A stretch of 64,000 bases of DNA from an uncultured Actinomycetota bacterium (lineage in GTDB: Bacteria > Actinomycetota > Actinomycetes > JAHEKZ01), in the NCBI GenBank assembly GCA_963829525.1, contig CAWHIJ010000003.1, forward strand, positions 2,272,001 to 2,336,000, in the 5' to 3' direction. Shown here one piece after another: positions 22,375 through 32,687 of the stretch (position 1 is the first letter of the stretch; every line of letters starts with the position of its first letter). The position numbers and the translations under genes were made by a program. The notes under the pieces were generated by a model. It was not told where the DNA came from. It did not search any database and saw only the letters and a program-made list of their open reading frames with translations.

Positions 22375-24053
22375 CACAAACCGGCGACCGCGCCAGGACT
22401 CGTGTCGTCGACGCCCTCGGCGATCCTTCCGGCGCGGAGCAAGCCGTAGGTGATGGCGTCGTCCAACGCCATCCAGGACGCCGCGATCACGTTCTCGTGG
22501 ACTCCGATCGTGTCCCACTCCCCCTGGCCGTCCGACGACTCAACCAGGACGCGGGTCACGGCGCCGGTACCCTCGTTTCCCTCGAGGATGCGCACCTTGT
22601 AGTCAACGAGCTCCAGTGCGGCAAGCTCGGGGAAGATCTGCTCCAAGGCAAGACGCAGGGCCTTGTCGAGAGCATTGACCGGTCCGTTCCCCTCACCGGT
22701 GGCCACAATCCGCTGGCCCTTGGCGAAGACCTTGACGGTGGCCTCGCTGGCCACCAGACCACCTGGACGCTGTTCGACGATCGTTCGCCACGACTCGACG
22801 GTGAAGTAGCGGCGACGCTCGCCCTCGGTGACCTCGCGCAGCAACAGCTCGAAGGATGCATCAGCTGCTTCGAACGAGTAACCCTGCGACTCCAGGCTCT
22901 TCACCCGGTCGACAACGGCGCCGAGCGCGTGCCGATCATCGGTGAGGTCGTAACCGAGCTCTTTGCCCTTGAGCTCGATCGAGGCGCGTCCGGCCATCTC
23001 GGTGATCAAGACGCGCATGTCATTGCCGACGATCGTCGGGTCGAGGTGGTTGTAGAGGTCGGGCGAGACCTTGATCGCACTGGCGTGCAGACCCGCCTTG
23101 TGGGCGAACGCAGAAACTCCGACATAGGCCTGGTGTGTGTTCGGCGCGATGTTGGCCAGCTCGGCCAGCGCGTGCGAGACCCGCACCAGCTCAGGAAGCC
23201 GGCCAGCCGGGAGCACCCGACGATCGAGTTTGGTCTCGAGGTTTCCAATCACGGCGAACAAGTCAGCGTTACCGGTTCGCTCACCGTAACCGTTGGCTGT
23301 GCACTGGACGTGCGTGACGCCGGCTTCGACTGCGGCAAGGGTATTCGCGACGGCACACGCGGTGTCGTCCTGACAGTGGATGCCCAGTCGAAGAGCGCCG
23401 CCACGCGCGACGATGTCGCTCACGATGCTGTGGATCCGTAGAGGTAGAAGTCCCCCGTTGGTGTCGCAGAGTACTCCGACGTCAGCCCCAGCATCTGCGG
23501 CTGACTCCAGCACACGCAGTCCGTAATCGCGGTCGTGACGGTAGCCGTCGAAGAAGTGCTCGAGGTCGACGAAGACCCGACGGCCTTCGCCCACGAGGTA
23601 CTCGACCGTGTCGTGCACCATGGCGAGGTTCTCGTCCAAAGTGGTCCGGAGCGCCTCGGTGACGTGCCGGACGTCTGACTTGGCGACGAGCGTGATGACC
23701 GGTGTCTGCGCGTCCAACAGTCCCTGCACCTGGGCGTCCTCGCCGACGGCGAGCCCAGGTCGCCGGGTGGAGCCGAACGCCACCAGCTGAGCACTTGTGA
23801 GAGTCAGCTCGGCGCGCGCCCTCGCAAAGAACTCGGTGTCCTTCGGCATCGCACCCGGCCATCCACCTTCGATGAACCCGACTCCAAGTTCGTCGAGCAG
23901 CCGGGCGACTGCCAGCTTGTCGGCCACCGAGTACGAGATGCCCTCGCGTTGGGCGCCGTCGCGCAGCGTCGTGTCGTAGACATGGAACGCGTCGTCGACG
24001 CGGACGGCGTCATCGACACGCTTCGCACTCGGGTCTTTCACCGGGTCTTTCAC
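22374..24053 (-). CDS. cimA: citramalate synthase
   Basis: YDTTLRDGAQREG, IEGGWPG, EHFFDG, AHKAGLH, GNGPVNALD. Confidence 0.95.
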   Translation of the reverse strand: MKDPVKDPSAKRVDDAVRVDDAFHVYDTTLRDGAQREGISYSVADKLAVARLLDELGVGFIEGGWPGAMPKDTEFFARARAELTLTSAQLVAFGSTRRPGLAVGEDAQVQGLLDAQTPVITLVAKSDVRHVTEALRTTLDENLAMVHDTVEYLVGEGRRVFVDLEHFFDGYRHDRDYGLRVLESAADAGADVGVLCDTNGGLLPLRIHSIVSDIVARGGALRLGIHCQDDTACAVANTLAAVEAGVTHVQCTANGYGERTGNADLFAVIGNLETKLDRRVLPAGRLPELVRVSHALAELANIAPNTHQAYVGVSAFAHKAGLHASAIKVSPDLYNHLDPTIVGNDMRVLITEMAGRASIELKGKELGYDLTDDRHALGAVVDRVKSLESQGYSFEAADASFELLLREVTEGERRRYFTVESWRTIVEQRPGGLVASEATVKVFAKGQRIVATGEGNGPVNALDKALRLALEQIFPELAALELVDYKVRILEGNEGTGAVTRVLVESSDGQGEWDTIGVHENVIAASWMALDDAITYGLLRAGRIAEGVDDTSPGAVAGL

Positions 24054-24064
24054 CTGAATTCGAT

Positions 24065-24118
24065 AAAAAAGTAACCCCCCGCAGATGCGAGAGGTCGGCG
24101 CACCGGCGATCCGGCGCG
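24065..24118 (-). terminator. cimA attenuator: alternative hairpins and U-tailed terminator
   Basis: ACCTCTCGCA-TC-TGCGGGGGGT followed by TACTTTTTT; upstream hairpin GCGCGCCGG-ATCG-CCGGTGCGC. Confidence 0.8.
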
Positions 24119-24145
24119 CTAGGCGATGATGAGGGGGACTGACAC
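24119..24145 (-). CDS. cimA leader peptide MSVPLIIA
   Basis: GTG TCA GTC CCC CTC ATC ATC GCC TAG; CACACT -10 6 nt upstream. Confidence 0.75.
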   Translation of the reverse strand: MSVPLIIA

Positions 24146-24233
24146 GGCACTAGTGTGACACACCGAACCGGGCCCGGCGTCACCGCGGACCAGGGCCCTT
24201 CTCCCGCCAGTCCTCCGGCGAAACTGGAGCAAA

Positions 24234-24986
24234 GTGGACCACGCCAAGCACCGAGCCGGGCGTCGCTCTGCGGTCGGCTGGGGCGCCGCCGGGCTGGTGG
24301 GGGGCCTCCTTGTGGGGGCAGCGATGGTCCTCGGGACGTGGGCAGCCATCGATGGCCCTCCTTGGGTGTCCGACGAGGTTGCCGCCGCTTCGACGTGGCC
24401 GACGGCTAGCCCCCGAATCGGGGCTTGGCCGTCACGCTCCGATCGCGCCCAAACGGTTACACCACCACAGGTCAACGCCGCCCCTACGAGCAGCGCACCC
24501 ACCACGCCGGTCCACCTCCTGGGCGACTCGTTGGCCGTGGGAATCGCCCCCTACCTGGACGCCGGAGTCGGCGAGCGCCCCCTCACAACCGATGCGGCCG
24601 AAGGTCGAGGAACAGCAACGATGGTTTCGCTCCTCGCCCCCTACGCCACCTCATCGGCGCCGATCTGGGTCGTCAGTCTTGGCACGAACGACAACCCGGC
24701 GGAGTTCTCCGACCGAGCCGCGTCTGTCATGGATCTCGCGGGTCCGAACCGCTGCGTCGTCTGGTTCGACGTGTGGCGGGCCGACACGGACGAGGCGATT
24801 AACGCGACCCTGGACCAGCTAGCCGCCGAAAACCCGAACCTGCACCTCGTCCCCTGGCATGACACCTCAGCGGCGCATCCGGAGTGGTTCAGCGGCACCG
24901 ACGTACACCCGTCGGCCACCGGCTACGCCGTGCGGGGGCAGTTGGCCGTCGACGCCGTCAAGAGCGAGTGCGGCGAAAGCCCCTAG
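24234..24986 (+). CDS. membrane-anchored SGNH/GDSL hydrolase
   Basis: N-terminal TM; LLGDSL, SLGTND, DVHP. Confidence 0.8.
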   Translation: MDHAKHRAGRRSAVGWGAAGLVGGLLVGAAMVLGTWAAIDGPPWVSDEVAAASTWPTASPRIGAWPSRSDRAQTVTPPQVNAAPTSSAPTTPVHLLGDSLAVGIAPYLDAGVGERPLTTDAAEGRGTATMVSLLAPYATSSAPIWVVSLGTNDNPAEFSDRAASVMDLAGPNRCVVWFDVWRADTDEAINATLDQLAAENPNLHLVPWHDTSAAHPEWFSGTDVHPSATGYAVRGQLAVDAVKSECGESP

Positions 24987-25005
24987 CGGGACTCCGATTT
25001 AGGAT

Positions 25006-26103
25006 TTAGCTCGAAACCAGTTCGTGCATCCAGCTGTGGGTGTCTTCGGTTCGGCCGTGCTGCAGGTTCAGCAGATGCTCCCTAAGCCGCACGGTGATGG
25101 CCCCGGGGTTGCCGTCACCAACCGTCCACTCCCCCCGCGACCAACGCACCTTGCCGACGGGGGTCACCACCGCGGCCGTTCCGCAGGCGAAAACCTCGGT
25201 GATCGATCCGTCGGCGTTGCCCTCACGCCAGTCATCGATGCTGATCCGTTCCTCCTCGGCGTCGATTCCCAAATCGTCGGCCACCTGCAGGATCGAGCTT
25301 CTTGTGACGCCAGGCAGCAACGCCCCGGTGAGCTCAGGGGTAACCAGCCGGGCGGATTCGCCTGACCCGAACACGAAGTAGAGATTCATTCCCCCCATCT
25401 CCTCGACCCACCGATGCTCGGCAGCATCGAGCCAGACCACCTGGTCGCACCCTTCTGCGGACGCCTGTGCCTGGGCGATCAAACTCGCTGCGTAGTTGCC
25501 GGCACACTTGGCTTCACCGGTGCCGCCGGGAGCGGCCCGCACGTACTCGGTCGACAGCCACACCGAGACCGGCTTGATGCCTCCGTGGAAGTAAGCCCCC
25601 GCTGGCGAGGCAATGAGCATGAAGAGGTAGGAGCTGGCTGGCTTCACGCCAAGCCCGACCTCGGTCGAGAACATGAACGGGCGTAGGTACAGGCTCGTCT
25701 CGTCGTATCCGGGCACCCACGCCCGGTCTTGGTCGACCAACGCTTCAATCGCTCCGATGAACAGCTCTTCGGGCAGCTCTGGCATCGCCAGCCTGCGCGC
25801 CGAGCGCTGGAAGCGTCGGGCGTTCATCTCGGGACGAAAGGTCGCAATCGAACCGTCTTTGCGTCGGTAGGCCTTCAGCCCCTCGAAGATCTCCTGCCCG
25901 TAGTGCAAGGACATCGTCGCGGGGTCGAGCTCAAGGGGCCCGTACGGGACCAACTGGGCGTCATGCCACCCTCGACCCTCCGTCCATTCGATGGTGACCA
26001 TGTGGTCGGAGAAGAACCGCCCGAAGCCTGGGTTGGCCAAGATCGCCTCGCGTTGGGCGTCCGCCATCGGCTGCGACGTTGGCTTTCGCGCGATCGATGT
26101 CAT
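25006..26103 (-). CDS. ilvE: branched-chain amino acid aminotransferase
   Basis: [37 protein letters not shown]. Confidence 0.97.
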   Translation of the reverse strand: MTSIARKPTSQPMADAQREAILANPGFGRFFSDHMVTIEWTEGRGWHDAQLVPYGPLELDPATMSLHYGQEIFEGLKAYRRKDGSIATFRPEMNARRFQRSARRLAMPELPEELFIGAIEALVDQDRAWVPGYDETSLYLRPFMFSTEVGLGVKPASSYLFMLIASPAGAYFHGGIKPVSVWLSTEYVRAAPGGTGEAKCAGNYAASLIAQAQASAEGCDQVVWLDAAEHRWVEEMGGMNLYFVFGSGESARLVTPELTGALLPGVTRSSILQVADDLGIDAEEERISIDDWREGNADGSITEVFACGTAAVVTPVGKVRWSRGEWTVGDGNPGAITVRLREHLLNLQHGRTEDTHSWMHELVSS

Positions 26104-26157
26104 GGACGGGACGCTACCTTTCGGTTGGCCTCAATGTGGGATGACCAGCTGAACAAG

Positions 26158-27210
26158 TCAGGATCCGGCCACAGCTTCAGCGAGGGCGTCGCCGATCTGT
26201 GCGGTCGAGCGTACGCGGTCTCCCCTGGCCGCCAGATCATCTGACACCGCCTGTTCGACCGAAGCCGCCGCCTTGTCGAGACCGAGATGGTCGAGCAGCA
26301 GCGCCACTGAGAGCACCGTCGCTGTCGGGTCAGCCTTCTGCTCACCTGCGATGTCGGGAGCAGAACCGTGCACGGGCTCGAACATGCTGGGATTTGTGCC
26401 GCTCATGTCGAGGTTGCCAGACGCGGCTCGTCCGATGCCGCCCGCTATTGCAGCACCGATGTCGGTGATGATGTCGCCGAAGAGGTTGTCGGTGACCACG
26501 ACGTCGAACCGCTCGGGATTCGTAACGAAGAACATCGACGCCGCGTCAACGTGCAGGTACTCGGTCCGAACCTCCGGAAAATCGACGGCGGCGGCGTTGA
26601 ACGTGCGGGTCCAGAGGTCACCGGCATGTGTCAGGACGTTGTTCTTGTGCACCAACGTCAGGGTGCGGCGCGGCCGACGGTTGGCGCGGGCGAAGGCATC
26701 TCGGACCACCCGATCGACGCCATACGCGGTGTTGAGGCTCTCCTCAGTGGCTACCTCATGCAGAGTTCCCTTGCGCAGCGAGCCACCTGAGCCCGCATAA
26801 GGGCCTTCGGTTCCCTCACGCACTACGACCATGTCGATGTCGGCCGGGGTCTTGCCAGCTAGTGGAGTGGAAACCCCGGGATAGAGCTTGACCGGTCGGA
26901 GGTTGACGTGGTGGTCGAGCTCGAAGCGCAATCGCAGCAACAGCCCCCGTTCAAGAACGCCGCTCGGGACGCTCGGGTCACCAACGGCGCCGAGCAGGAT
27001 CGCGTCATGGCCGCGGATCTCCTCGAGCACGCTGTCCGGGAGCGTCTCACCGGTGCGGTGCCAACGCTTGGCTCCCAGGTCGTAGTCGGTGCGTGCGAAA
27101 GCAACGTCGTGGCGGCCGGCAACGGCGTCGAGGACCTTCATACCCTCGGTGACGACCTCAGGGCCGATCCCGTCCCCGGCGATGACAGCGAGTCTGTACG
27201 AGTTGGACAT
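26158..27210 (-). CDS. leuB: 3-isopropylmalate dehydrogenase
   Basis: [29 protein letters not shown]; -10 TACCCT 6 nt before ATG 27210. Confidence 0.97.
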   Translation of the reverse strand: MSNSYRLAVIAGDGIGPEVVTEGMKVLDAVAGRHDVAFARTDYDLGAKRWHRTGETLPDSVLEEIRGHDAILLGAVGDPSVPSGVLERGLLLRLRFELDHHVNLRPVKLYPGVSTPLAGKTPADIDMVVVREGTEGPYAGSGGSLRKGTLHEVATEESLNTAYGVDRVVRDAFARANRRPRRTLTLVHKNNVLTHAGDLWTRTFNAAAVDFPEVRTEYLHVDAASMFFVTNPERFDVVVTDNLFGDIITDIGAAIAGGIGRAASGNLDMSGTNPSMFEPVHGSAPDIAGEQKADPTATVLSVALLLDHLGLDKAAASVEQAVSDDLAARGDRVRSTAQIGDALAEAVAGS

Positions 27211-27229
27211 GCCACCAGGGTACGAGTCA

Positions 27230-27267
27230 GTCTCAGAAGCTGGTGAGGCTGTCTCGGATTTCGAAAC
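27230..27267. promoter_or_regulatory. candidate tandem NdgR operators upstream of leuB
   Basis: GTCTCG-GATTT-CGAAAC at 27251-27267 and a weaker GTCTCA-GAAGC-TGGTGA 21 bp away. Confidence 0.6.
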
Positions 27268-27305
27268 CGTTGTGCGCCGACAAGGCGCCGCGGCATCCTT
27301 GACCG

Positions 27306-27641
27306 ATGGCCTACGACAACGATTTCGCCGCACGGGTCCGCACGCTTCTGGATGGCGTACCCGGCCTCAGGGAGCTGTCGATGTTCGGCGGTCTCGGCTG
27401 GACAGTAAATGGAAACCTCGCGGTCGGCACTCTGGGTGAGGTGCTCATCTGCCGGGTGGGCCCAGAAGCCGATGCACTACTAGGCGAGCCAGGTGCCGAT
27501 GTCTTCGACCTCACCGGACGAGTGATGAAGGGGTGGCTCACTGTTGCGATCGAGGTGCTTGACGACCACGAGTCACTTCAGGAGTGGCTCGACCGCGGCG
27601 TCCGGTTCGCCTCGAGTTTGCCTGCTAAGCCAGGGAAGTAG
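27306..27641 (+). CDS. TfoX/Sxy N-terminal domain protein
   Basis: [33 protein letters not shown]. Confidence 0.88.
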   Translation: MAYDNDFAARVRTLLDGVPGLRELSMFGGLGWTVNGNLAVGTLGEVLICRVGPEADALLGEPGADVFDLTGRVMKGWLTVAIEVLDDHESLQEWLDRGVRFASSLPAKPGK

Positions 27642-27655
27642 CGGTCGCGATCAGG

Positions 27656-29260
27656 TCAGAGCAGGTCGTCGAGGTCGAGCGAGCGTCCCTCGTGGGCGCC
27701 GATCGCTTCGACGATCTCGGCGAGCGCCTCGGGATCGATCGGTGAGTCGACGGTCATCGCGATGAGTGCATGCCCACCTTGCTCGTCACGACTCACCTGC
27801 ATGCCGGCGATATTCACTCCGTGCTCACCGAGGATGCGGCCCAACTCTCCGACAACACCAGGACGGTCGTGGTAGCGGAAGAACGCGAGGTGCTCCGCGG
27901 GCTGCAGGTCGATGTCGTAGTTGTCGATCTCGACGAGCTTCTCGATGTGCTTGGGACCGGTGAGGGTTCCACTCACCGACAGCTGGCGGCCATCGGCCAG
28001 TCCCCCTCGGACTGTGACAAGGTTGCGGTGGTCCGGACTCAGCGGGTCGACCGACAGCTTGACCGCGACACCGCGCTCGGAAGCCAGCACGGGGGCATTC
28101 ACATACGAGACCTGCTCCTCGACACCTCCAGCGAAGACCCCCTTGAGCGCAGCGAGTTCGAGCACCCGGACGTCAGACTCGGCGATCTCCCCACGCACCT
28201 CGATGGTCAGACCCTCCGGGGCTCCCCCGGCCAAGCCGGTGAAGATCCGTCCGAGTTTCTCAGCCAATGGGATGAACGCTCGAACATCTTCGTCGATGAC
28301 ACCACCTTCGACGTTGACGGCGTCTGGTACGAGCTCACCTGCTAGGGCGAGGCGCACCGACTTTGCGACGGCGATGCCGGCTTTCTCCTGCGCCTCGTCG
28401 GTGCTGGCACCAAGGTGCGGCGTCGCTACCACGCGCTCAAGATCGAAGAGAGGCGATTCGGTGCACGGCTCCTTGGCGTAGACGTCAACGCCGGCCGCGT
28501 GCACCCGACCTTCCGCGACCGCATCAGCCAGCGCCTGCTCGTCGACAATGCCTCCACGCGCCGCGTTGACGATGATCACAGAGGACTTGACCCTACGAAG
28601 CTCGGTGTCACCGATGAGTCCCACCGTCTCAGGCGTCTTTGGCAAGTGCACTGTGATGAAGTCGCTCTCGGCGAGCAGGGTGTCGAGGTCGACGAGTGAG
28701 ATCCCGAGCTGCGCTGCGCGCCCAGGCTGCACGTACGGGTCATACGCGATCACCTTGGTGCCAAACGCCATCAGCCGCTGGGCAGCCAAGACGCCGATTC
28801 GTCCCAGACCGACGACGCCGACGGTCTTCTCATAGACCTCGACGCCGGTGTACTTCGAGCGCTTCCACTCGCCGTTCTTGAGGGCGGCGTTGGCCGGTGC
28901 AATGTTGCGCGCTGCCGCAAGCAGCAGCGCGACGGCGAGTTCAGCGGCGCTCACGATGTTTGAGGTCGGTGCATTGACCACCATGACTCCGGCCTGAGTT
29001 GCTGCCGGGACATCGACGTTGTCGAGGCCGACGCCAGCGCGGGCGACAACCTTGAGCTTGCGGGCGGCCGCGAGGGCCTCGGCGTCGATCTGCGTCGCGC
29101 TGCGTACCAGGACGGCGTCGGCGTCCGCGATCGCCGGCAGGAGCTCGGTACGGTCGGCACCATTGCAGTGACGGATCTCGAAGTCGGGACCAAGAGCCTC
29201 GATCGTGGCCGGCGAGAGCTCTTCGGCGATGAGGACGACAGGCTTGGCAGGTTCAGTCAC
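27656..29260 (-). CDS. serA: D-3-phosphoglycerate dehydrogenase
   Basis: RAGVGLDNVD, GLGRIG, NAARGG, TPHLGAST, C-terminal ACT domain. Confidence 0.97.
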   Translation of the reverse strand: MTEPAKPVVLIAEELSPATIEALGPDFEIRHCNGADRTELLPAIADADAVLVRSATQIDAEALAAARKLKVVARAGVGLDNVDVPAATQAGVMVVNAPTSNIVSAAELAVALLLAAARNIAPANAALKNGEWKRSKYTGVEVYEKTVGVVGLGRIGVLAAQRLMAFGTKVIAYDPYVQPGRAAQLGISLVDLDTLLAESDFITVHLPKTPETVGLIGDTELRRVKSSVIIVNAARGGIVDEQALADAVAEGRVHAAGVDVYAKEPCTESPLFDLERVVATPHLGASTDEAQEKAGIAVAKSVRLALAGELVPDAVNVEGGVIDEDVRAFIPLAEKLGRIFTGLAGGAPEGLTIEVRGEIAESDVRVLELAALKGVFAGGVEEQVSYVNAPVLASERGVAVKLSVDPLSPDHRNLVTVRGGLADGRQLSVSGTLTGPKHIEKLVEIDNYDIDLQPAEHLAFFRYHDRPGVVGELGRILGEHGVNIAGMQVSRDEQGGHALIAMTVDSPIDPEALAEIVEAIGAHEGRSLDLDDLL

Positions 29261-29392
29261 GAGGAAACCTTCGAAGGTTCGACAGTTCACGGGAGTTGAC
29301 CTCCGATGTGGAGGCGGCCCCATTCTACCGAGCCACACCTACCCCGCCGAATGTCCCCCTGGGCGCCACTTCTGGGCGTCGAGTGTGGGATC

Positions 29393-29635
29393 GTGACCAC
29401 GACCGCGTACTTCCACCGCCCCGAGGAGATTCGACAGGAGTGCCTCGACGCCGGTCTTGACGTGTTGACGGTGCTAGGCGTCGAGGGACTGGCGGGTTGG
29501 CTCAGCCACCTGGCCGAACGGTGGGACGTCCCTGCCGATCGCGAAGTCATACTGCGTTCTGCGGCGATCACCGAAGACGAGGAAAGTCTGCTCGGGATGA
29601 GCGCTCACCTCATCGCTGTTGCCGCTGTTCAGTAG
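29393..29635 (+). pseudogene. C-terminal fragment of a class I SAM methyltransferase
   Basis: TTAYFHRPEE...VEG...LLGMSAHLIAVA resembles the C-terminus of an actinobacterial MTase family; no SAM-binding motif upstream. Confidence 0.55.
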
Positions 29636-29700
29636 TCGAACCAACCGTCGGCCAACCATCAGCCAAGCGCCTCGGCCTCGCACCGAAGGTCAGCGAAGAG

Positions 29701-29722
29701 TGTCGGAGGTAGGTGGCAGGGT
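29701..29722 (+). promoter_or_regulatory. PafBC-type (RecA-NDp) promoter, leaderless
   Basis: TGTCGG-N10-CAGGGT, 7 nt before ATG 29730. Confidence 0.65.
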
Positions 29723-29729
29723 TAGCTTC

Positions 29730-31028
29730 ATGCAGAGTTCACCGGACCCCATCGCGCAGCAGGTCGTCGACCTGGTGTGCTCCGGGGCGCCGCTGGGTGA
29801 TCGCGAGGACTCGCACCTTGTCGACCTGCTCGCCCAACTGGAGCGTCTCGCCAATGCAGCTGGCGCTGTCCAGGCAGAGGTGATAGTCGAGATGTCGCGG
29901 CGGGCCCAGCGCGCCGATGGCGAGGACGAGCGGCAGCGAGGTCGGACGCTGATACCGCACGAAGGGCGCGCTGAGTTCGTCCCAGACGAGGTGGCCGTCA
30001 CCCTCGCGTGCACCAAGGCAGTCGCGGCGCAACGGTACGGGCTCGCGCTGGCCGTCTCCGAGCACCCGGCGGTACTGGCCGCCTGGAGGCGCGGCACTAT
30101 CGACGCACGCAAGGTGCAGGTGATCTGCGACGGCCTGACCGACGTGTCCAGCCCGGCTGTAGAGGTCCTCGCCGAAGAGGCTGCCTGCTACGCGGCTTCC
30201 CGCACCGCACCCGAGGTTCGGCGCTGGTTGTCCCGTCGGGTGATCACTGCCGACCCCGGCATGGCCGAGATCCGGCGCATCCGGGCCAGCGCCGACCGGA
30301 AGGTCACGGTGACGCCACTATCCGACGGCGTCTCCGAGCTCTATGCGCTGCTGCCGAGCGTGCAGGCGCGACAGGTGTACGACTCGGTCAACGCCCTGGC
30401 CTACGCGTGCGCTGCCGACGATGCCCGGACCATGGACCAGAGGCGCGCCGACGCCCTGATGGACCTCATCTGCGGGCGGGCCGACCCTCCACAGGTGAAT
30501 GTGCAGGTCGTGGTGCCGGTCGACACCCTTCTCGGGGAGTCAGCAGAACCCGCCAATGTATTCGGTGTCGGACCTATCACGGCTACCGAAGCGCTCCAAC
30601 TGGCCGGACTTAGTGCGCCCGCACCGTGTGGTTGCCAGGACATGTCACCGGCACCTCACGACGTCGTCTTCCGCCGGTTGCTCACCGACCCCGACACCGG
30701 CTATCTCGTCGATGTCGCCGAGCGTCAGTACCGGCCGTCCCCTCAGCTCGACCGTACGGTCCGCAGCCGCGACGGCGTATGCCGCTTCCCCGGCTGCAAC
30801 CGCCCCGCCACGACCACCCGCTCCGGCACCGACCTCGACCACACCATCCCGTGGCCACGCGGCCAGACCACGGCAGCCAACCTCGCCGTCCTGTGCCGGC
30901 ACCACCACCGCCTCAAGCACTCACCGGGGTGGAGAGCCGAGCTCGGTTCCGATGGCGTCATGGAGTGGACGTCGCCAGCGGGCCAGATGTTCCGCACCGA
31001 ACCGTGGGTGTACGCCGACACCGGATAG
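29730..31028 (+). CDS. DUF222 domain / HNH endonuclease (13E12-repeat family)
   Basis: DARTMDQRRADAL, YRPS, RDGVCRFPGC...DLDHTIPW...NLAVLCRHHHRLKH. Confidence 0.92.
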   Translation: MQSSPDPIAQQVVDLVCSGAPLGDREDSHLVDLLAQLERLANAAGAVQAEVIVEMSRRAQRADGEDERQRGRTLIPHEGRAEFVPDEVAVTLACTKAVAAQRYGLALAVSEHPAVLAAWRRGTIDARKVQVICDGLTDVSSPAVEVLAEEAACYAASRTAPEVRRWLSRRVITADPGMAEIRRIRASADRKVTVTPLSDGVSELYALLPSVQARQVYDSVNALAYACAADDARTMDQRRADALMDLICGRADPPQVNVQVVVPVDTLLGESAEPANVFGVGPITATEALQLAGLSAPAPCGCQDMSPAPHDVVFRRLLTDPDTGYLVDVAERQYRPSPQLDRTVRSRDGVCRFPGCNRPATTTRSGTDLDHTIPWPRGQTTAANLAVLCRHHHRLKHSPGWRAELGSDGVMEWTSPAGQMFRTEPWVYADTG

Positions 31029-31064
31029 CGCCGGCTCCCAACTCCACCAGCTCCTCGGCGGCAC

Positions 31065-32162
<1,098 letters not shown>

Positions 32163-32687
32163 TCAGGCGGGTCGGTCGGCCACACGCATGGTGCGGTCGG
32201 TGATGGAGCGCGGGCCACGGCCGACCGCCACCATGCCGGACTGGACAAGCTCCTTGACGCCGAACGGCTCCAAAACCCTCAGCAATGCTTCGAGCTTGTC
32301 GGCGTTACCCGTGGCCTCGATCACCACCGCGTCGGGCGACACATCGACGACCTTGGCCCGGAAGAGCTGAACAGTCTCAAGCACCCGCGATCGAGTCTGG
32401 GAGTCGGCCTTGACCTTGACCAGGATCAGTTCACGCTGGATCGCGGTGGAAGCGTCGAGCTCGACGATCTTCAGGACGTTGACCAGCTTGTTCAACTGCT
32501 TGGTGACCTGCTCGAGGGGAAGGTCATCGACATTGACCGCGATGGTCATACGCGACATGCCTTGATGTTCGGTGGGGCCGACCGCAAGTGACTCGATGTT
32601 GAAGCCGCGGCGCGAGAAGAGCGACGCGATGCGCGCAAGCACACCTGGTTGGTCCTCCACCAAGACGGAGAGAGTGTGGCGCGTCAT
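32163..32687 (-). CDS. ilvN: acetolactate synthase small subunit
   Basis: HTLSVLVEDQPGVLARI..FSRRGFNI. Confidence 0.97.
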   Translation of the reverse strand: MTRHTLSVLVEDQPGVLARIASLFSRRGFNIESLAVGPTEHQGMSRMTIAVNVDDLPLEQVTKQLNKLVNVLKIVELDASTAIQRELILVKVKADSQTRSRVLETVQLFRAKVVDVSPDAVVIEATGNADKLEALLRVLEPFGVKELVQSGMVAVGRGPRSITDRTMRVADRPA

